Source: Nitrosopumilus sp.
GTDB lineage: Archaea > Thermoproteota > Nitrososphaeria > Nitrososphaerales > Nitrosopumilaceae
Direction of reading: 5' to 3'
DNA length: 64,000 bases
Assembly: GCA_965218695.1 (NCBI GenBank)
Contig: OZ244651.1
Location: forward strand, 448,001 to 512,000
Positions 45,722 through 55,972 of the stretch are shown here, one piece after another (positions within the stretch are counted from its first letter, which is position 1; the number at the start of each line of letters is the position of its first letter). The position numbers and the translations under genes were made by a program. Under the pieces are notes generated by a model. It did not search any database and was not told the origin of the DNA. It saw only the letters and a list, made by a program, of their open reading frames with translations.

Positions 45722-46969
45722 TACCAGCAATGAAAAATTCATATCAAAATTTCCCATAAATGTTTGACACGGCAACCATCTCTGGAAATCATGACGCATG
45801 TTGGATACCCAAACGACTGGGGATGCTCCGGGCATCTGATATCGTGGACATTTGAAGCATCGTGCATGGCATACGCTGGCTGTGTGTCCCATGCGATTTG
45901 ATGCCGTTAGATGGTTCTGTACAGAAAGTGCTCAACGACCAGATTCGGTTTTTTGTACCTCGTGTACCTGGTGATCGCCTCGCGAAGCATGCTCAGGCTG
46001 GTGTACGGCACGTCAAGCACTGCCCGTTTGAGATCCCTCCAGTACGTCTCTATGGCGCTCAGGTCCGGGGTCGCAGTCGGCAGGAAGATTATCTCCAGGC
46101 CGTCCGTGCCTTCGAGCAGTTTGCGTATGTTTGATGCCCTGTGCTGGGAAGCCTTGTCCATGATCAGGCAGATCTTCTTGAATTTGTATGCTGCCTGCTT
46201 TAGAAAGTCTTCAAAGGTGTCCTTGGTAAACGCGTCGTACTGCCGGAACATGCCCCTTCCGTCCGTGGTGATCAGTCCGTGGATTATGGTTTTGGAGTGC
46301 GAGCCGGCGTGCGTGAAAAACGCCCGTACCCCCTTCCTGGCGTGGCCGCGCCTTCGCGGCCGCGCATCGGAGATCACTATGGACTCGTCCTGTATCGCTA
46401 CGACTGTCCCTTCGCCGTTCTTTTTTTTATGAGCTCCGGCATTCCTTCCTGGAATTCCCTGATCTCCTCGTCGGGTGCCCTTTTTGCGTGCCTTCCCACC
46501 GGAACCTTCTGGGAGTAGCCCCACCCCCGCAGCATCTGGCGCACGTATCCGAGGTCGTACTTTATCCCCGTCTTCTGTTGGATGCGTTCCTGCATCTCCT
46601 TGCCCGTCCAGACAGGTTTCCTGCATGCGTCCTTTCTGATTTTTTTCAGGTCTGTCCTGCTCGCCTTGGACGGCCTGCCGGAGCGTGGCATGTCAGCCAG
46701 CCTGTCAAATCCGTCTGCCAGGTAGCGCTTATACCACTTGTAGCCCCACGAGGCCGACTTTCCCAATGATTTTGCAGAATCCCTCATGGTTATTCCGTCA
46801 CGTTGGACTCTGATGATCATCATCATGCGGTCCTTGACATCACAGTCTGTCTCAGCGGCGTATCTTTTCAGCATCGTCTTGGTCCTCATTGATTGTGTAG
46901 CGTGAAACGGGCATAACCCCACACGTGACAAAAAATATTTACAATCGCACTAATTTTTCACTTTTGGTA
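45722..46969 (-). mobile_element. IS630-family element with two ORFs joined by a probable -1 frameshift
   Basis: TA TSD; TIR TACCAGCAATGAAAAATT / TACCAAAAGTGAAAAATT; orfA 46398-46874, orfB ends 45907; A8 run at 46421-46428. Confidence 0.88.
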
Positions 46970-47100
46970 TAAACTGGATGGCATTCCGTGAGGCCCGGCA
47001 GGTACCGCCGAACAAAACCGTATTGTCGTTGTTCACGTCTCTTTGCAGTCATTAGACGGTGCCGTGATCTGCAGGCCCATATCTTTTCATCCAGAAGCAT

Positions 47101-48006
47101 ATGTCTCTAGGACATACCATCTACATGATCACATTTTTAACAAAACCCCCTCCATACTGCGTATTGAGACGATGCATCCAATGCGGAGACGAGTTTGAAC
47201 CGTCTGGCAGCCTCAACGCATTGTGCAGCAAGAAGTGCGCCCTGGCCAGACGGGCGCAGCAGACCCGGGGACGCAGGTTTAGCACAGAAAAGACGTGCGT
47301 CCAGTGCGGGAAGAGATTCGTGACGACGAACCCGAACAAACTGAACTGCAGCAAGGAATGCGCCCGCAAGAGCGACATCCTGAGAATACGGAAATGGCAC
47401 GAACGGCAAAAAGACGAGGCGTTAAGGCGACGCTGCGCCGAGATACTCGAGGCCGCCCCGCCGGGAACCATGACCGAGGAAGATGCCATGAAATACGCCA
47501 GGGACGAATCAGAATCCAAACGGCGACGAGGGCTGACACGCGAAGAACGGCGACGGACCAAAAAGACGTGCGTGCAGTGCGGCAAGACGTTCGTGACGTC
47601 CATCACGAGAAAGATAACGTGCAGCAAGGAGTGCGCCCGAGACCGCAATGCCGCACGAAGAAAGACGCTGTACGACTTGCATTACAGGAAGAAATTAGAA
47701 AAAGCGTGCATTCAGTGCGGCAAGACGTTCGAGGCGCCAGGCGCAAAGCGGATCTGCAGCAAGGAATGCACCCGGCTCAGGCTGAACAAGCAAGCCAACC
47801 AATCCTACAAACGGCACCGCGGGAAGGAAACAGAAAAGGAATGCGTCCAATGCGGGAAGACATTCAAGACTCCCAGAGATTGGAACGTGGTCTGCGGCAA
47901 GGCATGCGCCAGGCTCAGGAATAACGAGCGACGGCGCAAACCACCCCGTAAAAAAACACCTGAACACGTGGAAAAACATCCTAGTCGTGGCCGTGACCAT
48001 GGATAG
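47101..48006 (+). CDS. Basic protein with five CxxCG..F..CS..C Zn-finger repeats
   Basis: Five repeated (K)xCxQCG(K)xF-x(8-9)-C(S)KxC units. Confidence 0.75.
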   Translation: MSLGHTIYMITFLTKPPPYCVLRRCIQCGDEFEPSGSLNALCSKKCALARRAQQTRGRRFSTEKTCVQCGKRFVTTNPNKLNCSKECARKSDILRIRKWHERQKDEALRRRCAEILEAAPPGTMTEEDAMKYARDESESKRRRGLTREERRRTKKTCVQCGKTFVTSITRKITCSKECARDRNAARRKTLYDLHYRKKLEKACIQCGKTFEAPGAKRICSKECTRLRLNKQANQSYKRHRGKETEKECVQCGKTFKTPRDWNVVCGKACARLRNNERRRKPPRKKTPEHVEKHPSRGRDHG

Positions 48007-48130
48007 ACTCCTTGCTAAGCGTGGATTCGCGCACTTGCATTTGAATGGGGCAGCATTATCGGCGCCGTCCTTGTCGTCGTTTCTGCGATCGGAACCGCGG
48101 CCGCCCAGGCCACGCCACCGCCAAGAAAAA

Positions 48131-48160
48131 AAAGAACCAATGGTTCTTTAGTTTTAAATA
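48131..48160 (+). promoter_or_regulatory. Palindrome plus TATA box of S-layer gene 2
   Basis: AAAGAACCA-A-TGGTTCTTT, then TTTAAATA 28 nt before ATG 48189. Confidence 0.6.
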
Positions 48161-48188
48161 CAAAACCGGCTTTCAATAGCTTAATCAC

Positions 48189-51100
48189 ATGAATAATGAA
48201 AATACAACGGGCTCATATAGAGCCCACAACATAACTAGAAATACAGACACAATAACGAACACACACGTACGAAAACTTACAAGCATAGCACTGATGGCGA
48301 TAATGGTGGCAGGCGGACTCACGTTTGCCATACCCGGCATGGAGCCGGCACAAGCCGCACAGATAAACAGCAACCCGAACCTGCAGGTTTCAGCAGAGGG
48401 ACAAAACGCCGACAACGAGATAGCAGCAACCAACATCGTGGAAGTAATTGTCTCTGATGGCGACATAAACGAACGAACTGACGAACCGCCGATAGTGACG
48501 GTGGACGACACTAACTCCCTTACAATGACCTTTTACTCTGGGGCATGGTATGCATACTTTGCATCCACTACCATTGTAGACACTGGTTTAATTGATAAGG
48601 TTGAGCCCATACCTGCTAACGTTGGAGATGACCCTACCGACGAAGAGATCGCAGTGGCTGACGCCGCCAATCAGGTGTCCGTCAATAGACTTGTCAAGGG
48701 TTCACCGTTCGATCTTGCTAGCACTAGTGGTACTCCTGCCGATGAGACTGACGTAGACAACGATGATGCAATTAATGTCCACCTCTTTTCACTCGACGGA
48801 ACATTTGACGTCGTTTACGAAAGACCCGGACCCGACCAGACAGTATCTATGGAACTTGATGATCCTGACGTAAGCGTAAGCTTGGACAGGTCAACCTACC
48901 CGCAGAACACCGGCGTGGCAATTACGATTGACGACCAGGCAATGAACGTGGATCCTACAAGTGGGGATACGTGGTTCTTTAGCGATGGAGACATTGCCGC
49001 ATACTACGGAAACATTCCTGCTGTTGGAACGCAAGGAAATGCTGAGCAGGTAAAACAGGATGCTAATGACGCAGCTGAGGAAGTAAGACGCCTGGCAGTT
49101 GAAGCCGCTGAGGAAGTAAGACGCCTGGCAGTTGAAGCCGCTGAACCAGAGACGGTGATTGCCGCTCTGCTTCCAGCAACGGTGATTACAGCTGCTCAGG
49201 CAGAATACAACGAAATAACTGCCGCAGCCGACATTGCTTTGGAAGACCCGCTCGTATTTGGTAGTGAGAGGGCAAGAATCATAGCATACGCCGGACAAGG
49301 AGAGAGAAACGTTGTAACCGATAGCCCAACTCCAGATGACCCTACTACCTACGATGAAAATCACAAGGGTCAAGCATTGGTAAACTACGAAGAAATAGCC
49401 GGAAGTGGAGACAGAACATCTGACAACGAAAATGATGACCACTACAAGGGCACAGCAAAGATAGCCTACGAAGAAGCAGTCGGAGACAAAACTATTGAAG
49501 ACATGACCACCACTGCATACAAGGGTTCCGCACAGGTAGACTATGAAGGAATAGCTGGAAACCCAGAAGCCAGCGCAGGCACTGCTGAACGCAAGGGTAC
49601 TGCACAGGTACTCAAAGAAGAAACAACTGGAAACCCAGATGCTACTGAAGGCACTGCTGAGCGCAAGGGTACTGCACAGGTACTCAAAGAAGAAACAACT
49701 GGAGACCCAGATGCTAATGATGGGCCTGAAGGTCCACTCTTCAAGGGTACCTCACAGGTAGCCTACGAAGAGACGCTTGGCGATGCAGCAGTCCCCACAA
49801 ATGGCAACATTGCCAGTCTTGACGCATTCGTACTTGATATGAACAATCTACTCGAATGTGCCACAGAAGGATGTGATGTCATTGATACCGTAACCTGGGT
49901 GAAATTCGAAGAAGACAGCTCAAACGACTCCAAGTTCACCAACACGTCAGACGACGAACCAAACCTGAAGACCACCGCAAATGCACAGAGAGGACTATCA
50001 TTTTCAGTCACATATGACAACACCGTGACATCCGGCATCGGCTACAGCACGACCAACATCGTAATTGATGCTGGAGACGACTGGGGCTCTGGCGAGGAAA
50101 TCAGCATAACGCTGACTGACACTGATGCCAACACCAACTCACTGACCGAAGATGACCTTGACGTTACAAATTCAGACCAGATCATTCCAACCATACGGAT
50201 TGGAGAACCATTCACTCTGGCCCAAGCTGGTTCAGTAACACTGACTACTGTTGGTGCTATAGAATCTGAATCTGTTGATTCCGAACCTACAGCGGTCAGC
50301 GACATACTCGTGGTTACTTTACCAAGACTAGATGCCAATTCTGACCACATACTGAGCATTGACCTGGGCGACTGGGATGCATTCGCAGCAGACAATCTTC
50401 CGGCAGATCACGTGGCGTTCAAAGGCACGCACATGCTAAACTATGACATCAGCGACATTGGAGGAACGAGCATAAGCCTCGTTCTTGGCGATGGAGATCC
50501 AATTCCACTTGTAACCGGAACCGATGGCACTGAAATGCTTACAGGCCCTGACTTCATACCAGGAGATGCTGACACCACAGGAGGCGAGAAATTCGGCAGC
50601 CTTTACACCGAAGCCGGCCCCATAAGGTCGCTAGGCGTAGATGCGGCAGTTGAAATCGTCTTTACCGTCGGCGAGGATGACATGCCAGCAGGAGAATACT
50701 CGATCATAATCGACCTCTTCGCATTCGGTCTTGCAGACAAGGACGACCTGACTTCCAACGTCAACGACGCCATCTACAGGCTTGAACTCGAAGAGGACGG
50801 AAGCAACAGCAGTGACTTTACAGGCACGCTGGAGTACATCGGACTCAACCAGATCAACATAGCCGAGGAAGGCACGTATACAGGCATTCAGGCAATCAAT
50901 GACAACATCATACTGATATCTGACGACAGCTCCATCAGCGTAGAATACAACGACCTTACTTCCACAGGCGGAACAAAGCTGTTCACGGCCGAGGCAGACA
51001 CCCCGACACACTCTGGCGCGGTATCCCTCGACTCTGACGGCTATCAGGTTGCAGACATTGTCCTGGTAACGGTAACAGATGCAGACCTGAACGTTGATAG

Positions 51101-53393
51101 CGGAAAGGCCGACATCTACACCACCGTTGACGCCAACTCTGATTCAGAGTTCGCCGATGCCATCGGCAGTGAAAATGCTGTTGCAGTACTGCTCACCGTA
51201 TCAATCGATGGCGAGGAATGGGCTGCAGGATGTGGCCTTGGCGGACTTGACGCTTCTGACTTCACGCTCCGGGAGACCGAAAATGACAGCGGCGTGTTTA
51301 CCGGCACCTTTGCGATTCCGGAAAACCACTGTCCACGTGACAGTGCTAATGCCGTATCTGTTACAGGCACTGACATCTCAGTCGAATATACTGACTTCAG
51401 GGACGACTCCGGTTCAATCATAACCGTGAGTGCTTCTGCGGGCATACGATCCAACACCGGATCCGTAAGCCTTGACAGGACCGTCTACCCGGTACCGTTC
51501 AGTGCGGGCTCTTTCGAGACGCATGAAGGCGATCTTGGCGATGGCAGCCTGACAGTCTATGTCAGCATCAACGATCCTGACTACGACACGTCAGCCAACG
51601 GAATAGACACCATTGACGACGCATCTCTGATGATAAGCGTACTCCGCAGCGGCTCTCCAGACCTTGTATTTGATACTGTTGGAAACTCAGCAGCCAATGC
51701 AATCTCTGAGACTGCACCTGATTCCGGCGTGTTCGAGCACGAGATGACCATCACGGCTGCTGACGGCCCAGACGGCCGTATCCTGCAGGGAGACATTCTC
51801 CACGTAGTATACGAGGATCCATCTGACGCATCAGGCAGTGCAAACACCGTGACCGACTCTGCAACGTTTGACTTGCGAAACGGCGTACTCCAGTCCGACC
51901 AGACTGCGTACATCATCGGAAGCGACGCGATACTGACGCTCATCGAGCCAGACCTGAACCTTGACAGCGACTCCACAGAGACATACGACCTTGACCTGAT
52001 AGAATGGGACTCTGATGCAGGCACATGTACGCTTGCCGGCAACGGCGGTGACTGTGACGACATCAGCAATCCGTTCGCTCCAACGCCGTCCAACTTGCTG
52101 GAAACCGGAACCAACACTGGAATCTTCCAGGTAGTGGTCTCAATTCCAGCCGATATAGATCGTGAGAGCCTACAAAGAGGCGAGGAGATCACCCTGACGT
52201 ACAACGACTGGGGACCATCCGGCTCTGATTATGTCGGAGACAAGGACGAGTCAGTAACTGCCACCATCTACACGTCGAACTTTGGCGCAACCATCGAGCT
52301 GGACCAGCGCGTCTACACATGGACCGACAAGGTCTACGTGACAGTAGTCGCACCGGACCACAACATCGATAGTGACCAGATTGACGAGATAGGCAACAGT
52401 GACGACTACCCGGTAAGGGTATCAACACGCGGAGAAGCCATTGAGGAGTACAAGCTCGTCGAGACTGGTGCCGACACCGGCATCTTTACCGGCGAGGTAA
52501 TACTCACAGGATTCCCACATGACGCAGACGGCGACCAGAACAACGATGCAATAGGCGATACATCTGACGATGGCAGCGGACCTACTGACGGCCGAATAGG
52601 AGCAGAAAGCGAGAGCGGAATATCCGTCTCATTCAAGTTCTCTGACGGCGAGACTGTCAGCAGCTCCGCCCTAATCAGGTGGAACGTAGGAGAGGTCCAG
52701 TGGCTCGAGGCAAGTTATCCTGCCAGCGGATCAGGAATAGTCAGGGTAATAGACCCAGACATGAACCTGAACCCGGAGGCAGTCGACAACTTTGACGTGA
52801 CCGTCTGGTCCGACTCTGACGGAGGCGGAATCGACCTCACCGTGACTGAGACCAATGCTGCAACCGGCATCTTTGAAGGCACCGTCTTCTTTGGTGTTGG
52901 AGTTGACACATCTGGTCACAGGCTCAGGGTAGTTGAAGGCGACACAGTCACCGCACAGTACTACGACAACACGCTGCCGGCACCGTTCAAGGAGACAGAA
53001 AGGCTCCGAGTTGGCGCCACCACTCTGATCGGTACGATAGTACCGCCACTGGAGAGGGCACCAATCTCTGACCTGCGAGCAGTCGATTCGTTCGGCAACA
53101 CGCTTGACACCATATCCGTTGACACCCAGATTCAGCTAGAGTCTGACGTGACCAACGGACAGGACAAGACGCAAGAGTTTGCCTACCTCATACAGGTACA
53201 GGATGAAAACGGCGTCACGGTCTCACTGAACTGGATCACCGGTTCGCTGACAGAAGGACAGTCACTCAGTCCGGCGGTCTCATGGACACCATCCGAGGCA
53301 GGCACGTACGACGTGACTGCATTCGTCTGGGAATCCATCGAAAACCCGACAGCACTCTCACCAACCGCAACGATAGCAATAACTGTAAACTAG
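48189..53393 (+). CDS. S-layer protein gene 2 (intact, 1734 aa)
   Basis: Signal peptide, acidic Ig-like ETG..TG.F repeats; paralog of gene 1. Confidence 0.9.
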   Translation: MNNENTTGSYRAHNITRNTDTITNTHVRKLTSIALMAIMVAGGLTFAIPGMEPAQAAQINSNPNLQVSAEGQNADNEIAATNIVEVIVSDGDINERTDEPPIVTVDDTNSLTMTFYSGAWYAYFASTTIVDTGLIDKVEPIPANVGDDPTDEEIAVADAANQVSVNRLVKGSPFDLASTSGTPADETDVDNDDAINVHLFSLDGTFDVVYERPGPDQTVSMELDDPDVSVSLDRSTYPQNTGVAITIDDQAMNVDPTSGDTWFFSDGDIAAYYGNIPAVGTQGNAEQVKQDANDAAEEVRRLAVEAAEEVRRLAVEAAEPETVIAALLPATVITAAQAEYNEITAAADIALEDPLVFGSERARIIAYAGQGERNVVTDSPTPDDPTTYDENHKGQALVNYEEIAGSGDRTSDNENDDHYKGTAKIAYEEAVGDKTIEDMTTTAYKGSAQVDYEGIAGNPEASAGTAERKGTAQVLKEETTGNPDATEGTAERKGTAQVLKEETTGDPDANDGPEGPLFKGTSQVAYEETLGDAAVPTNGNIASLDAFVLDMNNLLECATEGCDVIDTVTWVKFEEDSSNDSKFTNTSDDEPNLKTTANAQRGLSFSVTYDNTVTSGIGYSTTNIVIDAGDDWGSGEEISITLTDTDANTNSLTEDDLDVTNSDQIIPTIRIGEPFTLAQAGSVTLTTVGAIESESVDSEPTAVSDILVVTLPRLDANSDHILSIDLGDWDAFAADNLPADHVAFKGTHMLNYDISDIGGTSISLVLGDGDPIPLVTGTDGTEMLTGPDFIPGDADTTGGEKFGSLYTEAGPIRSLGVDAAVEIVFTVGEDDMPAGEYSIIIDLFAFGLADKDDLTSNVNDAIYRLELEEDGSNSSDFTGTLEYIGLNQINIAEEGTYTGIQAINDNIILISDDSSISVEYNDLTSTGGTKLFTAEADTPTHSGAVSLDSDGYQVADIVLVTVTDADLNVDSGKADIYTTVDANSDSEFADAIGSENAVAVLLTVSIDGEEWAAGCGLGGLDASDFTLRETENDSGVFTGTFAIPENHCPRDSANAVSVTGTDISVEYTDFRDDSGSIITVSASAGIRSNTGSVSLDRTVYPVPFSAGSFETHEGDLGDGSLTVYVSINDPDYDTSANGIDTIDDASLMISVLRSGSPDLVFDTVGNSAANAISETAPDSGVFEHEMTITAADGPDGRILQGDILHVVYEDPSDASGSANTVTDSATFDLRNGVLQSDQTAYIIGSDAILTLIEPDLNLDSDSTETYDLDLIEWDSDAGTCTLAGNGGDCDDISNPFAPTPSNLLETGTNTGIFQVVVSIPADIDRESLQRGEEITLTYNDWGPSGSDYVGDKDESVTATIYTSNFGATIELDQRVYTWTDKVYVTVVAPDHNIDSDQIDEIGNSDDYPVRVSTRGEAIEEYKLVETGADTGIFTGEVILTGFPHDADGDQNNDAIGDTSDDGSGPTDGRIGAESESGISVSFKFSDGETVSSSALIRWNVGEVQWLEASYPASGSGIVRVIDPDMNLNPEAVDNFDVTVWSDSDGGGIDLTVTETNAATGIFEGTVFFGVGVDTSGHRLRVVEGDTVTAQYYDNTLPAPFKETERLRVGATTLIGTIVPPLERAPISDLRAVDSFGNTLDTISVDTQIQLESDVTNGQDKTQEFAYLIQVQDENGVTVSLNWITGSLTEGQSLSPAVSWTPSEAGTYDVTAFVWESIENPTALSPTATIAITVN
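49074..49144 (+). repeat. 33-bp in-frame tandem duplication (AEEVRRLAVEA)
   Basis: Two exact copies. Confidence 0.9.
49555..49715 (+). repeat. 72-bp in-frame tandem repeat (GNP..GTAERKGTAQVLKEETT)
   Basis: Two near-exact copies plus a partial third. Confidence 0.85.
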
Positions 53394-53564
53394 AAAACAC
53401 ACACCCCCTTTTCTTTTTTTTATTTTAGACACGGCCTAGCGAGAGCTGTACGCCGGCATGCATGGACCAGCCACGTTCGTACGCCTGTCAATTTTTATCA
53501 GTCATGACATGAAACGATCCATCACGTCTACTGGCCGTCTTGACTGGCATCGAAAACACGTCGC

Positions 53565-54218
53565 TTATGCTGCCATCCGTCGTGCCCGCGCCGCTTCCAG
53601 TTTTTTCACCGGCGCCCACCAGGTCCGCACGAAATCCGGCCATTCCGTGCCGGCGTTGTTCCACGCGCGCAGCCAGCGTTTCGTGGCAACATCGCCGCAG
53701 TTGCCCGAACCCGGGTGCATGCCGCCGACCATATACGCCGGATTCGTTTTTATCCAGTCCATCATGTTGACGTGCCCGCGCTTGGCCAATATGGAGGCCG
53801 CCCGTACCTCGACGTACTTGTCGTCGGCCTTCGTCCTGATTACAACCTCGCATTCCAGGCTGTCGGCATACCTGCGCATGGCAAACCCGACGCCGTAATC
53901 GTCCAACACCACGCGGTCGCCAGGCCCTGGGTTGAACGCTTTGATTATCCCGATGTACGCCGCGTCCATGGCGCCGGTGGTCCTTCCCTGCGGCACGTCT
54001 TTCGGGCGCACGTGGACCAACTGGTATTGCCGGCAATGCCTGCCAAGGAACGCGCCTGCCTTGTTCCAAACTTCAGCCGGCCTTTTGCGTTTAGTATTGT
54101 AAGACCAGACCATTTTGGAGACGTCGTCTGGAATGTCCGAATCCAACTCCACGCCGCACAGCACCATGTCGCCGAATATCTCGCCCTTTCCGGTCTCGTC
54201 AAGGCCTATTTGCCGCAT
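53565..54218 (-). CDS. Ribonuclease HII/HIII-family protein
   Basis: GLDETGKG..FG, DD, KADDKY..AASILAK and GSG motifs. Confidence 0.85.
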   Translation of the reverse strand: MRQIGLDETGKGEIFGDMVLCGVELDSDIPDDVSKMVWSYNTKRKRPAEVWNKAGAFLGRHCRQYQLVHVRPKDVPQGRTTGAMDAAYIGIIKAFNPGPGDRVVLDDYGVGFAMRRYADSLECEVVIRTKADDKYVEVRAASILAKRGHVNMMDWIKTNPAYMVGGMHPGSGNCGDVATKRWLRAWNNAGTEWPDFVRTWWAPVKKLEAARARRMAA

Positions 54219-54299
54219 GGCTTGAAGGATTGGCCAGTTTAAAACGGCTGCTTGCCGGCCTGCGCATCGCGTTTATAACAAAAATAATTAACCGTATTC

Positions 54300-54374
54300 A
54301 GCGACGTGGAGAAGCCAGGCCATCTCACCGGGCCCATAACCCGGAAATCGGCGGTTCAAATCCGCCCGTCGCTA
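54300..54374 (+). tRNA. tRNA-Met(CAT), initiator type
   Basis: A1:U72 acceptor AGCGACG/CGTCGCT, three G-C pairs in the anticodon stem, GGTTCAAATCC; TTTATAA box upstream. Confidence 0.9.
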
Positions 54375-54631
54375 TCCTACCTGCTTCAATCCGCAGAAAC
54401 TGATTTCAGATGAGGACACCCACCACACAAAGTTAACACCTGGCTGGATTCGGGGAAACCATCCAGAGAATTACCCTGTGTCGTTTCAACATACCTCGGA
54501 CCGTCATGTTCGATTAACGGTTTGTATAATTACGGACCGGCACATTATACCAAAACCGCGTTTTCTTTAATCGAGACGACTACCGGCATATCGTGCAAAG
54601 ACCGTCAGTTGTATCATCTGGAGAAACCGCA

Positions 54632-55687
54632 TGTATTGTAACGAAATTATGTCCACCTATTCTTCGACGCACCCTGCATGACTTCATTAGACTGCACCGA
54701 TCAGGACGACCAATGCCGACCAAACTTGATGATGCCAAAATCAAGTACGTCATCCGCGAGAAGAAGAAAGGGACATCCAACACAAAGATAGCAGACGGTG
54801 TGGGGATAAGCATCCGCCATGTGCGCCGCCTCTGGTCCCTGTACGAGGCGACAGGATCATTACCTGTCATCAAGAGCGCAGGCAGACCAGCTGCCAAGAT
54901 ATCCGACGAGGATGTCAGGCGGGTGCTGGATGCGTATGGGAACGAGGGTGCTGGTGTGGGACGTGTTGCCAAGGCACTGAGGCATCAAAACATAAGCGGG
55001 CGGACCGTATACAAGGTGATGAAGGAACACGGGTTGGTGGAACCGTGCCCCACCAAATCAAAGAAACGCAAGTGGGTAAGGTACGAACGCCTTCACTCAA
55101 ACTCCATGTGGCACACGGACTGGCACGTGATGAAAAACTACCGCATGAAGGATCTGAACCTGATCACGTACTTGGACGACGCCTCAAGATGCGTGACAGG
55201 GTTTGGCCTGTTTGATGAGGCTACCGGCCAGAACGCCGTGCAGGTGCTCAGGCAGGCCGTCCAAGCATTTGGCGTCCCGTCATCCATCCTGTCCGATAAC
55301 GGTTCGTGTTTTGTGGGAGTTCGAAGGGGCACGCCAAAGGGATCCTGGAGACCCACCATCTTTGAAAACGAGCTGTTGGATCTTGACATACACCTAATCA
55401 ACTCCAGGCCATACCACCCCCAGACCAACGGCAAGCTAGAGCGGTTCCACCGAACCATTGAGGACGAGGTAGGACGGCACGACAGCTTGGAAGATTTCAT
55501 CACATTCTACAACGAGAGACGATTGCACTGGTCACTTGACATAGATAATTGCCAGACGCCTCTCAAGGCGTTCCATGACAAGGCAGCAGACGAATCCACA
55601 AGAGCTACCAACCCAAACTGGATGGAGGCGGATGTCCATGGATAAACAGCCACCAAAAGGGGGCGGACATAATTTCGTTACAATACA
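54632..55687 (+). mobile_element. IS481-family element (transposase 54713-55645)
   Basis: TIR TGTATTGTAACGAAATTATGTCC; WHTD, SDNG and PQTNGKLER motifs; 17-bp flanking direct repeat. Confidence 0.92.
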
Positions 55688-55783
55688 CATCTGGAGAAAC
55701 CGCATCCAGATGAAGATATCCAACACACAAAGTTAACACCCGAACCATTTTTGTCCTTTTATCACTATCTGGGGCTAAATGCA

Positions 55784-55972
55784 ATGGGAGACACGCATCA
55801 CGTACCTCTTGGAAGTGAAGGACCATGTCTATACGATTCATGCGGGGAATGGCACGATGTCGTGGTATATTGTAGTGTGCCTGATTGCCGTGCTGACGAC
55901 CGCGCGCATCCGCCGTGCCACCCACACATGAAATTCGGCAAGACTGGTGAGCCAGCAGGAGTCAGTAATTGA
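55784..55972 (+). CDS. Small Cys/His-rich peptide (62 aa)
   Basis: Stop overlaps the TTG start of the ATP-grasp gene. Confidence 0.4.
   Translation: MGDTHHVPLGSEGPCLYDSCGEWHDVVVYCSVPDCRADDRAHPPCHPHMKFGKTGEPAGVSN

Noticed and set aside
32946-53393. Diversity-generating retroelement or invertible shufflon acting on the S-layer genes
   Set aside because: No reverse transcriptase, no adenine-specific TR/VR pair, and the genes are in direct rather than inverted orientation.
54395-54470. Hammerhead ribozyme (GATGA..GAAAC)
   Set aside because: Core reads CAGATGA rather than CTGATGA and the three stems could not be built.
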